DNA from: Candidatus Beckwithbacteria bacterium
Lineage (GTDB): Bacteria > Patescibacteriota > Microgenomatia > UBA1400 > CG1-02-47-37
Length of the DNA: 64,000 nucleotides
Reading direction: 5' to 3'
NCBI GenBank assembly: GCA_026397255.1
Contig: JAPLVF010000013.1
Coordinates: forward strand, 150,062-214,061
The notes under the pieces were generated by a model. It searched no databases and was not told the DNA's origin. It saw nothing but the letters and a program-made list of their open reading frames with translations. This document shows positions 8,561-17,732 of the stretch, in pieces; the stretch's first letter is position 1, and each line of letters begins with the position of its first letter. The translations under genes were made by a program, and so were the position numbers.

Positions 8561-10168
8561 AACTTTAAAAAGATTGGGAAGAAGAGGTTTAAAAGTAATT
8601 TCGGTTTCTTTCGGGTTAAGCGGGGAATAAAGCTGACGCGGCAGAAATTCCGGTTTTAATAAAACAAAACGGTAAAGGTTTTCCGGAACTAAATTGTACA
8701 AAAATACCGGCTGGCTTAGGCCATTATTAACCTGAAGGTTTAATTTTGTCTGCAATTCGTTTCTCTCATCGTAAACTAACAGCTGAAAATCATTCCCGCT
8801 GACCTGACGCTTAAACAGCATTTTGATATGAGCCACCAATGACGGCGGCGGGACAACTTTGATGGTTTGGTAAAACTTTTCCCCGAAAGGTTTGCCTTTA
8901 AGGCTTAATTGAAGGCCAAGAGAAAAATCTTGATGATCAGGCGGAGTTTTTAAGTTAATTTTAAAATCGGCTGTTTGAAACGGCTCGGTGGAATTAACCA
9001 GACTAACCTGAACCAGGTCCGGAGGAAAATCGCCGCTAGTTAATAAACTAAAATCAGCCGGTGTCCAAATGGACTGGCCGGTATTGGTTAAACTTAAGGA
9101 AAATTCATAAACAGAATTGTCAATTAAGGAACCGGGGATGTTCTTAGAAACAATGCTACTGGAATTATTTTGCTCCGGCCGGCCGGCAATTTTTGGTAAA
9201 GATTGAACCGCATAATAATGGGGGTAAAAATCGGCAGAGTTTGGCTTCCTCCAAGAAAATTGATTAAAGGGGCTTTCGGAATAATTTAAGATAAACGGGG
9301 TAATGGTCACTAAGTTGCTTTGGGTCCAAATTTGGGTAAAGGCTTGAGTATAGCGATCAGTTAAATTATTGGAATAAAAATTAGTCCAGCCGGTTTCCGT
9401 AATAAAAATCGGCAGGGAGGAATTTAATCCAAGGGTTGCAAGGTAATTAACCTCTGCCTGATAGCTTTGCAATGTTCCCAGGCCTTTAGCGGTGGGCAAA
9501 CCGGAAAAATCAGGATTGGGATAACTATGAGAGTTCCAGCCATCAAAAAGCGTAAAAATATCGTGATCGGCTTGATACATACGCTGCCAATAATTAACAG
9601 CGGAGAGGGTGGAGTTAGAGTTGGGGGCGGCGGTATCCAGTCCAGCCGGCAAAATAAAAAAATCTTCTGAAGCGGCCTTTAACTTGTCATGAAATTGCCG
9701 CACAATCGAGCTATATTCCGACGGATTAATCGAGTTCTCCCATTCCAAGGCATGATTGGGCTCATTAAAAAGAATCACATAGCGGTTGGTAACTACCCAA
9801 TTTAAAGAATTAAGGAAATCAACCCAGGTCTGAACTTCCGAAACTTCAGGTTTAACCCAGTAATTTTTTTCAGGATTAGTCGCCAGTCGAACAAGAGGAA
9901 TCAAGTGCAAACGGCGCAATTGATCAAAGACAGTCTGCCATTTATTTTTATCCCGGTCGTTCTGCCGGATGATTAAAGTCACGTAGCCCCAATCGCCTCC
10001 CTGACTATTAACTAAAGCGGCCGCAGCCGGAATATCCGCGGGCTCAAGAATGTGAATACCAAAACGATTATTAGGAACGGATAAAGGATTAACGATTGCC
10101 TGAGCCGGCCGGCTCGAAACCAGTAAGAAAATAAATAAACTGAGAAAAACCCAAAAAATTCTAGACAT
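8522..10168 (-). CDS. Secreted glycoside hydrolase-like (GH-A clan TIM barrel) protein with Ig-like domain
   Basis: Signal peptide, FNEPN acid/base motif, SHSYP, IFITETGW nucleophile motif, NTGQSIW Ig-like motif. Confidence 0.65.
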   Translation of the reverse strand: MSRIFWVFLSLFIFLLVSSRPAQAIVNPLSVPNNRFGIHILEPADIPAAAALVNSQGGDWGYVTLIIRQNDRDKNKWQTVFDQLRRLHLIPLVRLATNPEKNYWVKPEVSEVQTWVDFLNSLNWVVTNRYVILFNEPNHALEWENSINPSEYSSIVRQFHDKLKAASEDFFILPAGLDTAAPNSNSTLSAVNYWQRMYQADHDIFTLFDGWNSHSYPNPDFSGLPTAKGLGTLQSYQAEVNYLATLGLNSSLPIFITETGWTNFYSNNLTDRYTQAFTQIWTQSNLVTITPFILNYSESPFNQFSWRKPNSADFYPHYYAVQSLPKIAGRPEQNNSSSIVSKNIPGSLIDNSVYEFSLSLTNTGQSIWTPADFSLLTSGDFPPDLVQVSLVNSTEPFQTADFKINLKTPPDHQDFSLGLQLSLKGKPFGEKFYQTIKVVPPPSLVAHIKMLFKRQVSGNDFQLLVYDERNELQTKLNLQVNNGLSQPVFLYNLVPENLYRFVLLKPEFLPRQLYSPLNPKETEITFKPLLPNLFKVLLDPLNYLRLRL

Positions 10169-10171
10169 GTT

Positions 10172-10972
10172 TTAGATTAGGGCAGGCGGTTTACCGGCAG
10201 AATGGGTCACCGGACCTAAAGGGACCTCATTGTGCGGATCGTCAACAAATAAAACAATGACTTTGCCTTTCGTGTTTTTTGGATAAAGACCAAGGTCGAC
10301 CATGACTTGCGGTGAGCCGCCGAATTGCTTACCGGTCTGTTTAGCCGGACCGGCATCGGCGATAACCGCGACTACGGCCGCACCGGTTTGAGGATTAACC
10401 ACTAAAACCTTACGATATTGAAACCACTGCTTCAATTGGTTGGCTTGCTGCGGCCAATCAGGTAAATATAAGGTTTGCACCGCCACATAATATTTTTCCC
10501 GTTCCCGATCCACCTTCGCCAAGGCTTCGGCAGACGAAGCAAAATAACCCCAAGCACCGGTGCCGGGAGCCAGCCCGACCTGGGGAAAGCTACGACCTTC
10601 CAGGGTGTCGCCCGGATAACGCAAGAGGTGCTGCTCCAAACCGATAAGGCCAATTTGGTTATTTAAGCGCTTCCCTTCGAGTTCGGCTACAGCTTTAATC
10701 CCCAGAGTTTTTTGAATTGCTTGCGTGATTGACAATTCTTCTTTTTCGGTTAAAACACGGTTGAACGACGGCAAAACTTTATTTAAATATTTACTTAAGA
10801 TTTTTTTTATTTCTTCATCATTAACTAATCCCAGGGGGAGACGCAATTCCGGCGGCTTGTCCGGCAAAGCTTTTAATGATTGCGAACCGGAAGTCAACAA
10901 TAAACTGCCGGCTAAAGAGGCAGAAGCCAATAAGTTTTTACCACTGATTTTATTCAAGTGTTTTTTGGGCAT
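10172..10972 (-). CDS. Hypothetical protein, possible DPBB/RlpA-like C-terminal barrel
   Basis: 266-aa ORF; VLVVNP...AVIADAGP pattern. Confidence 0.55.
   Translation of the reverse strand: MPKKHLNKISGKNLLASASLAGSLLLTSGSQSLKALPDKPPELRLPLGLVNDEEIKKILSKYLNKVLPSFNRVLTEKEELSITQAIQKTLGIKAVAELEGKRLNNQIGLIGLEQHLLRYPGDTLEGRSFPQVGLAPGTGAWGYFASSAEALAKVDREREKYYVAVQTLYLPDWPQQANQLKQWFQYRKVLVVNPQTGAAVVAVIADAGPAKQTGKQFGGSPQVMVDLGLYPKNTKGKVIVLFVDDPHNEVPLGPVTHSAGKPPALI
10509..10534. repeat. Intragenic palindromic element (thyA-type family; encodes SAEALAKVD)
   Basis: TCCACCTTCGCCAAGGCTTCGGCAGA vs thyA copy CCCGCCTTCGCCGAGGCTTCGGCGGG (reverse complement). Confidence 0.7.
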
Positions 10973-12335
10973 AATTTAACCTCTTTATTGCTTCATCTTT
11001 CCCTAATATATATATAATATCAAACAAGGGCGGAGTGGCCGGTCGGGCGGTAACCACCAATCTTAAGGTCATAAAGGCCTGGCGGGGTGATAAATTTAAT
11101 TTTTGCTGTAACTGATGCAGGTCTGTTTCTAAATTTTTTACTGTCCAAGATTTGAGTACTTTAATTACTTGAATTACCTCTTGCAAATATTTTTTTGTCT
11201 CGACGGCGGACAGTTTTGATTCCTCCAGCAAAGCCTGTTTGTCCACTTTTGGCGGGTTAACAAAATAATCAATTAAATCATTAATTTCCCCCAACTTAAT
11301 CATTCTTTCCTGGATTAAAGGAATAATTTGAGCTAATTGTTTATCGCTTATCTTTAATTTCAGGTATGGTTTAATTAATTGAAGTAAGGTTTTTGGCGGA
11401 GTTTGCCGAATTAATTTAGCGTTAAAATAATTCAATTTTTTAAGGTCAAAAATTGAATTGGCAATTTGGACTTTAGTTAAGTCAAATAAATTAATTAACT
11501 GCTCCATTGTCAGCAGCTGAGAATTATCCTGATAAGACCAGCCAAGATAGGCCATAAATGTGACCAACGCTTCAGGTAAATAACCTTCAGCTTGATAATC
11601 TAAAATGCTTTTGGCTCCGTGGCGTTTAGACAACTTAGCCTTATCCGGACCTAAGATAACCGGAAAGTGGCCGATCTGAGGAATCGGCCAGCCAAAGGCC
11701 TGATATAGAAGAAGGTGTTTGGGAGTGGAGGAAATCCACTCGACGCCGCGTAAAATATGGCTGATTTTCATCAAATGATCGTCAATGACCACAGCCAAAT
11801 GATAAGTCGGATAACCATCAGATTTTAACAGTACCTGATCATCCAATAATTCATTTTTAAACTCAATTCTTGATTGAATCAAATCATCCCAACCGGTAAC
11901 GCCTTGATCCGGCACCCGGAGACGAATCACGTGAGGAGTTTTCTTAACCAAGAGGTTGGTCACCTCAGCCGGACTTAGTTTTAAACAATGCTGATCGTAA
12001 CCCTGACCACGCAGTTTTACCAACCGCTCTTTGGTACAAAAACAATAGTAAGCCAATTTCTTCTTAACCAGCAACTCGGCATGTTCTTGGTAAATTGGTA
12101 ATCTTTCGGACTGAATATACGGCCCTTCGTCCCAGGTAATGCCGACAGTTTTTAAAATTTGTAAAATTTTTTTCAAACTCCCGGGAACTAATCTCTCCCG
12201 ATCGGTGTCTTCAATTCTCAAAATCAATTTCCCCTTATTGTGCCGGGCAAATAAGTAATTAAATAAAGCAGTGCGGGTATTGCCAATATGGGGAATACCG
12301 GTCGGACTGGGGGCAAAGCGGACACGAATAGACAT
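10950..12335 (-). CDS. gltX: Glutamate--tRNA ligase
   Basis: RFAPSPTG, HIGN, RIEDTD, KLSKR. Confidence 0.97.
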   Translation of the reverse strand: MSIRVRFAPSPTGIPHIGNTRTALFNYLFARHNKGKLILRIEDTDRERLVPGSLKKILQILKTVGITWDEGPYIQSERLPIYQEHAELLVKKKLAYYCFCTKERLVKLRGQGYDQHCLKLSPAEVTNLLVKKTPHVIRLRVPDQGVTGWDDLIQSRIEFKNELLDDQVLLKSDGYPTYHLAVVIDDHLMKISHILRGVEWISSTPKHLLLYQAFGWPIPQIGHFPVILGPDKAKLSKRHGAKSILDYQAEGYLPEALVTFMAYLGWSYQDNSQLLTMEQLINLFDLTKVQIANSIFDLKKLNYFNAKLIRQTPPKTLLQLIKPYLKLKISDKQLAQIIPLIQERMIKLGEINDLIDYFVNPPKVDKQALLEESKLSAVETKKYLQEVIQVIKVLKSWTVKNLETDLHQLQQKLNLSPRQAFMTLRLVVTARPATPPLFDIIYILGKDEAIKRLNYAQKTLE

Positions 12336-12376
12336 ATTTGCATTTTAACAGAGAAACTAGCTATACTCAAAGAGAA

Positions 12377-13459
12377 ATGGCAACTTTAACAGAAACCGCC
12401 GTTGGGGCCAAAAAAGTTTTTTTATTCGGCTTAGTGGCAGTAGTGGCATTTTTATTGTTACAAGTAGGTTTATTCTTTTTTAACACCTATCTTAAGGTGG
12501 TTAAGCCGGCTCCAACTCCGCCGCCGACAGTAGCTTTTGGTAAACTAACAAAAATTGCCTGGCCGCAAAAATTAAATCCGGAAATTACTTTAAGGTTGGA
12601 AACCACAACCGGAGGAACCCCAGATTTAGGCGATCGAGCCGAGGTTTATTTAATGCCGACATTCCGATCTAATTTTCTGGCACTTGACCAGGCTAAGCTG
12701 ACGGCAAAAAAAATGAGTTTTACCGATCAGCCGAAAGAAATTACCGACAGACGCTACCGCTGGGAAACTGAAGAATTTTTACCCTCAATCCTGGAAATGG
12801 ATATTATCAACGGCTCGTTTTCTTTAAAAAGAAATTGGCAAACCGACCCGACAATTTTGTCAGAAAAACAGTTGCCCGGAAAAGAACAGACAATAATTGA
12901 AGTGAAGAATTTTTTAAGGCAAGTGGGACTGTTAAGTAGCGAGTTGGAAAACGCCAGAATTGAGATTTCCTACTTAACGTTTTCCAGCGGTCAATATCAG
13001 AAAGCGGTGAGTTTATCGGAGGCGGACTTTGTTCAGGCAGATGTATTCCGGCCGGACATCAATAATCACGCCGTCTTTCCGCCCAACCCCCAAAAAGGGA
13101 TTATCAGTATTATTTTCTCCGGATCAAGAGAAACAGCCAAACAAATTATCCAGGTTGATTATAATTATTTCCCGGTTAACTTTGACCAATCGGCCACCTA
13201 TCCGATTAAATCGGCCAGCCAGGCCTGGAGAGAATTACAAACCAAACAAGGATTTATTGCCAGTGTCGGCAGCAGTAGTGAAGTAGTGGCAATAAGAAGA
13301 ATATATTTGGCCTATTATGACAGCGAGACCCCGAACGGGTTCTTAATGCCGATAATCGTCTTTGAAGGCGATAGTGGTTTTTATGGTTACGTGCCGGCAA
13401 TTACTAATGAATGGCTGACAGATTCTCCCAACGGTGATTCGCAAACGTCCAATCAATAA
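12377..13459 (+). CDS. Membrane-anchored hypothetical protein
   Basis: Long ORF, N-terminal TM then Pro-rich linker PAPTPPPT; ATG 12377 follows TATACT. Confidence 0.75.
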   Translation: MATLTETAVGAKKVFLFGLVAVVAFLLLQVGLFFFNTYLKVVKPAPTPPPTVAFGKLTKIAWPQKLNPEITLRLETTTGGTPDLGDRAEVYLMPTFRSNFLALDQAKLTAKKMSFTDQPKEITDRRYRWETEEFLPSILEMDIINGSFSLKRNWQTDPTILSEKQLPGKEQTIIEVKNFLRQVGLLSSELENARIEISYLTFSSGQYQKAVSLSEADFVQADVFRPDINNHAVFPPNPQKGIISIIFSGSRETAKQIIQVDYNYFPVNFDQSATYPIKSASQAWRELQTKQGFIASVGSSSEVVAIRRIYLAYYDSETPNGFLMPIIVFEGDSGFYGYVPAITNEWLTDSPNGDSQTSNQ

Positions 13460-14306
13460 GACTACGGCTATCACCGAAGCGGTCGCTACTGTCCAAAATA
13501 ACCGTAATAATCCGGTGACCGTTACGCTGGACGTAACCAACTAAACATTCCCCGGCCAATTGAGTTAAGCCGGTTTTAACCCCGGCTAAACCAGGAATCT
13601 GACCCAAAAGCTGATTAACATTTTTAAGCTCGTGAATCACGGTGTTATCGGTGTCGGTGACGGTAATACTAATGGTCGAGACAATTTTGGAAAATTCGGG
13701 ATTTTGGAGGGCAACGGCAGCCAACAGGCTTAAATCATGAACGGTGGTATAGTGATTATAATTATCCAAGCCAATCGGATTAATAAATTGAGTGGAATCA
13801 AGATGTAGACTGTTTGCTTTTTGATTCATGGCTGTTACAAAACCGGCTTCTCCGCTCGGATAAAATTGCGCCAAAGCCACGGCGGCATCATTGGCAGAAG
13901 CGACTAAAAGGCCATAAAGCAGATTTTCGACAGTAATTTTTTCGCCGGGAATTAAATCCATGTTGGATTTTTCCACCTTAATATTGCCGATAGTGACAAT
14001 GTCACTAAGAACATAGTTATCCAAAGCCACCAAGGCTGTCATAATTTTGGTAGTAGAAGCGGGCAAAAGTTTTAAATCAGGATTTTTTTCGTAAATAATG
14101 GCTTTGGAGTCGACGTCAATTACAATGGCCGAACGGCTAGATAAATAAGGAGTGAGTCGCCCAGTAGAATTTAAGGGGTAATCGGAAAAAGAACTGATTT
14201 GGTAATTAACCGGCCGGGTTACCGGGGTAAGAACATCTAATTTAATGGTCAGAAAACACGAAAAAATCAGCGCCAGAATAAGGTTTAAATTTAAAAACTG
14301 CTTCAT
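13404..14306 (-). CDS. D-alanyl-D-alanine carboxypeptidase (peptidase S11)
   Basis: PASTTK (SxxK), SAN (SxN), KTG motifs. Confidence 0.93.
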   Translation of the reverse strand: MKQFLNLNLILALIFSCFLTIKLDVLTPVTRPVNYQISSFSDYPLNSTGRLTPYLSSRSAIVIDVDSKAIIYEKNPDLKLLPASTTKIMTALVALDNYVLSDIVTIGNIKVEKSNMDLIPGEKITVENLLYGLLVASANDAAVALAQFYPSGEAGFVTAMNQKANSLHLDSTQFINPIGLDNYNHYTTVHDLSLLAAVALQNPEFSKIVSTISITVTDTDNTVIHELKNVNQLLGQIPGLAGVKTGLTQLAGECLVGYVQRNGHRIITVILDSSDRFGDSRSLIDWTFANHRWENLSAIH

Positions 14307-15691
14307 TTAACCACTTTAACATGAAGTTCCTTTAGTTGTTCGTCGGTGGCTGGCGAGGGGGCGTCCATGATCGAGACTTGACCGGAGGCGACGGCCGGAA
14401 AAGCCATCACTTCCCGGACACTGGATTCGCCAAAAACGGCCATTAAAAACCGGTCAATGCCCGGAGCAATACCGCCGTGCGGCGGGACACCGTAAGTAAA
14501 GGCCGTGAGCATGTGTCGGAATTCTTCTTTCTGCTTTGAGGTAAAACCGATCAACTCGAAAACTTTTTCCTGGATTTTGGGGTCGTGAATCCTGATTGAT
14601 CCCCCGCCCACTTCGTAACCATTTAAAACTAAATCATGCTGCAAACCCCGGACTTTTAAAGGGTTTTTGTCTAGTAATTTAATATCGTCTGGGTGCGGGC
14701 TGGTAAACATGTGGTGCGACGGAGCAAACTTGGCTTGGCCGGAACCGTAATAAAAGTCCTCTTTGCTTTGCTTAGTAAATAACGGAAAGTCAATAATCCA
14801 GGCAAAGGCCAATTCATCAGAGTTGGTTTTGTCTTTTCTCAAGTCCGGTTTATCGGAACCGTACTGTTTTTTAGCTTGAGCGTGAGTAATTCTGGGCCAA
14901 GGCGACTGAGAAATGGTTTTATGGGGAAAGAGTTGTTTAATGAGCTTGGTAAACATCGCTTCAGTTAATTGAAGAATGTCGTTTTGCTCGACAAAAGACA
15001 TTTCGATATCCAGCTGGGTAAATTCACCGTAAGCCCGGTCGCGACGCGGGTCTTCATCGCGAAAACAACGGGCTATCTGAAAATAACGTTCAAACCCGGC
15101 TACCATCAGCATTTGTTTATATTGCTGGGGACTTTGCGGCAGGGCATAAAAATTACCGGGCTGTAACCGGGAAGGCACGAGAAAATCCCGGGCGCCTTCA
15201 GGAGTCGTTTTGGTTAAAATCGGGGTTTCGACTTCCACAAAATCCTGATTCAATAAATATTGACGGATAAAATTTACCACCCGGGAACGAGCCTTAATAA
15301 TTTGATTTAGGCGCGGCCGGCGTAAATCCAAGTAGCGGTATTTTAAACGGATGGTTTCGTCGATGTCGTGGCCGTCCGTATCCAGCGGGAAAGGTAATTC
15401 TCTGGATTTGGTAATAATATCAATTTTTTCCGCCTGAATTTCGACAGTGCCGGTCGCCAATTTGGGATTAACTAATTTTTCCGGCCGTTTGACTGCCTGA
15501 CCGGTGACGGCCACAACCGACTCCGGTTTTAAATCAATTTTTGACTGAGTGACTATCTGAATCAGGCCCGACCGGTCACGTAAATCAAAAAAAGTAATTT
15601 TGCCGTGGGAACGGACTGAATTCACCCAGCCTTTTAATAAAACGGTTTTAGCGACGTGTTTAACCGCCTCAACCGCCAAAGTTCTTTCCAT
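14303..15691 (-). CDS. aspS: Aspartate--tRNA ligase, short form lacking the GAD insertion
   Basis: FFDLRDRSG, YALPQSPQQYKQ, CFRDED, PPHGGIAPGIDR; about 462 aa. Confidence 0.96.
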   Translation of the reverse strand: MERTLAVEAVKHVAKTVLLKGWVNSVRSHGKITFFDLRDRSGLIQIVTQSKIDLKPESVVAVTGQAVKRPEKLVNPKLATGTVEIQAEKIDIITKSRELPFPLDTDGHDIDETIRLKYRYLDLRRPRLNQIIKARSRVVNFIRQYLLNQDFVEVETPILTKTTPEGARDFLVPSRLQPGNFYALPQSPQQYKQMLMVAGFERYFQIARCFRDEDPRRDRAYGEFTQLDIEMSFVEQNDILQLTEAMFTKLIKQLFPHKTISQSPWPRITHAQAKKQYGSDKPDLRKDKTNSDELAFAWIIDFPLFTKQSKEDFYYGSGQAKFAPSHHMFTSPHPDDIKLLDKNPLKVRGLQHDLVLNGYEVGGGSIRIHDPKIQEKVFELIGFTSKQKEEFRHMLTAFTYGVPPHGGIAPGIDRFLMAVFGESSVREVMAFPAVASGQVSIMDAPSPATDEQLKELHVKVVK

Positions 15692-15761
15692 AACTTTGAT
15701 TATATTGATAAACCCTCCTCTTGACAATCAATAAATGTTATAATCGGGAGAAATTTTTAAT

Positions 15762-16103
15762 ATGGCTACTATTTGTGAAAGACCATGTCCACTTCCAAAA
15801 TGGGCGCGAAACAAATGTCCTCAAAGTCCAAATAACCTACATTCTTGCCTAAAAAAAGTAAATGAACACATTGAACCAGGAATGACTTTGGGTGATTTAA
15901 AAAAATTAATTATGCCCGCAGATTCGCCCACCCCTCAAGTTCCTCCTTTGGAGCATTTTGTTTCACTTTCAGAGTTATTAGCTGACGAGACAATCTCTCG
16001 CTATGAAATAGAATCATTAGAAATATTATCTGATCAAAAAAAACAGCCAGCGGCTTGCTTGTTAAAATTTAAAAATGGCCGAGAAATGATTTTCAGGTTG
16101 TAA
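15762..16103 (+). CDS. Hypothetical Cys-rich small protein (accessory)
   Basis: 113-aa ORF with TGTTATAAT upstream; N-terminal C5/C9/C18/H26/C28; opposite strand to neighbours. Confidence 0.6.
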   Translation: MATICERPCPLPKWARNKCPQSPNNLHSCLKKVNEHIEPGMTLGDLKKLIMPADSPTPQVPPLEHFVSLSELLADETISRYEIESLEILSDQKKQPAACLLKFKNGREMIFRL

Positions 16104-17712
16104 TAATCTCTTTTATCTTTAGCTGCAATTCTTTTTTGTTGTGCCATTCATTTTTCTCAAGCGTATAGGCAATATTGACTAATTGGCCGGGGGTAAGTTT
16201 ATCGGCCAGATAGCCTTGATTAAAAGCTATCCCTGAAAATTTTTCAAGACGAAGCTTTAGGTGTTTATTGTCCTGACCGACTGGGCGAAAGTTGATTAAT
16301 TTAACTTGGCTCGTGCAAAAAACCGGCTCGGAGTTCCCAAAACCAAAAGGCCTTAATTTTTCCAGATCAGCCATTAAGTCCCAAGTGATATCCGAAAGTT
16401 TAATCTCGCAATCGATTTCTATAACCGGCTGCAGCTGATTGCCGGATAATTGTGTTTGGGCCAGGTTTTCCAATTTTTTTTGAACTAATTTAATATTCTT
16501 ATTGTCGATCGTAAAACCGGCGGCTAACTCGTGACCACCATGCTCCAACAAATATCTTTCCAAAGACCGGATGTTTTTAATGGCGTTAAACCCCTTAATA
16601 GAACGAATAGAAGCTTTGGAATAATTTTTGCCCAAGGCAATAACCACGGACGGATGATGAAATTCTTCAGCTAAGCGACCGGCAACCAAGCCAACCACGC
16701 CCTCATGGTAGGATTTGTCAGCCACAAAGATTAAAGCTTTTTTTTGATTGGTGGTTAACCACTTTTTTTTGGCATCAAGAAACATGGTTAAAGTTTTATC
16801 CTGACGCAGTTGATTAATTTCCCCTAAATGTTTGGCTAATTTTTCTCCCCGCTCTTTATCTTTGGTACAAACCAGGCGTAAAGAATTTAAGGCGTGTTCC
16901 ATGCGACCCATGGCATTAAGCCGGGGAGCGAAAATAAAACTGACCTGGTGTTCGGAAATATTGGTTAGATCAAGGCCGGCAACTTTAGCTAGGGCTTTAA
17001 GGCCAAAACGTTGGGTTTGGCGTAATTGTTGTAAACCGAATTTAACCAAGCTACGGTTGGGACCGATTAAGGGTACCATATCGGCAATCGTGCCGAGAGC
17101 GGCTAAGTCAAGAATAGTATTTAGCATATAGCTTTTAGTATTTAGCGATTTAAGAATTTCCCGGCTAAAAAACCAGGCCACGCCGGCACCGGCCAACTCA
17201 GTGGTATGAATAATAGTTAAGGCTGGTGGTAAGTGAACTTTCCCTTGTCGATGTTGAGGTAGGTGGTGATCGGTAATAATAACATCAATCCCCAATTTTT
17301 TAGCAAATTCACAACCTTTAAAAGCAGAAATGCCGTTATCGACAGTAATAATGAGGGAGGGATGATCTTTAAGTGATCCTATTCCTGTCGGAGAGAGACC
17401 GCGAACGGGATCGTTGCGTACCGGAATATAGGGCAAAACTTTGGCCCCTAAAAAATTAAGGGCTTCCCAAAGAATGGCGGTGGCGCTGACACCGTCAGTG
17501 TCGTAGTCGCCGTAAATATAAATTAGTTCCTGATTTTTGATAGCCTGTTTGATCCTGGAAATAGCTTTGGCCACCTGAATTTTACTGATCTTTAGATCCT
17601 TAAGTTTAATTTTTTCCGGATTGGTGGGATTAAGAAATTCAACCTGGTCTTTTTTGGTGATCAAGCCGCGTTTTTTGAGTAAGCTTAAAATAATTTTCCA
17701 ATTTTTATTCAT
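16093..17712 (-). CDS. recJ: ssDNA exonuclease RecJ
   Basis: YGDYDTDG, ITVDNG, ITDHH, GTIADMVPL, PRLNAMGR, GGHELAAG. Confidence 0.95.
   Translation of the reverse strand: MNKNWKIILSLLKKRGLITKKDQVEFLNPTNPEKIKLKDLKISKIQVAKAISRIKQAIKNQELIYIYGDYDTDGVSATAILWEALNFLGAKVLPYIPVRNDPVRGLSPTGIGSLKDHPSLIITVDNGISAFKGCEFAKKLGIDVIITDHHLPQHRQGKVHLPPALTIIHTTELAGAGVAWFFSREILKSLNTKSYMLNTILDLAALGTIADMVPLIGPNRSLVKFGLQQLRQTQRFGLKALAKVAGLDLTNISEHQVSFIFAPRLNAMGRMEHALNSLRLVCTKDKERGEKLAKHLGEINQLRQDKTLTMFLDAKKKWLTTNQKKALIFVADKSYHEGVVGLVAGRLAEEFHHPSVVIALGKNYSKASIRSIKGFNAIKNIRSLERYLLEHGGHELAAGFTIDNKNIKLVQKKLENLAQTQLSGNQLQPVIEIDCEIKLSDITWDLMADLEKLRPFGFGNSEPVFCTSQVKLINFRPVGQDNKHLKLRLEKFSGIAFNQGYLADKLTPGQLVNIAYTLEKNEWHNKKELQLKIKEIITT
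17115..17146. repeat. In-frame degenerate heptamer-period repeat in recJ (LNTKSYMLNT)
   Basis: TAGTATTTAGC at 17115 and 17136, 21-bp period. Confidence 0.6.
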
Positions 17713-17732
17713 AACGGCTATAATCTTATCAT

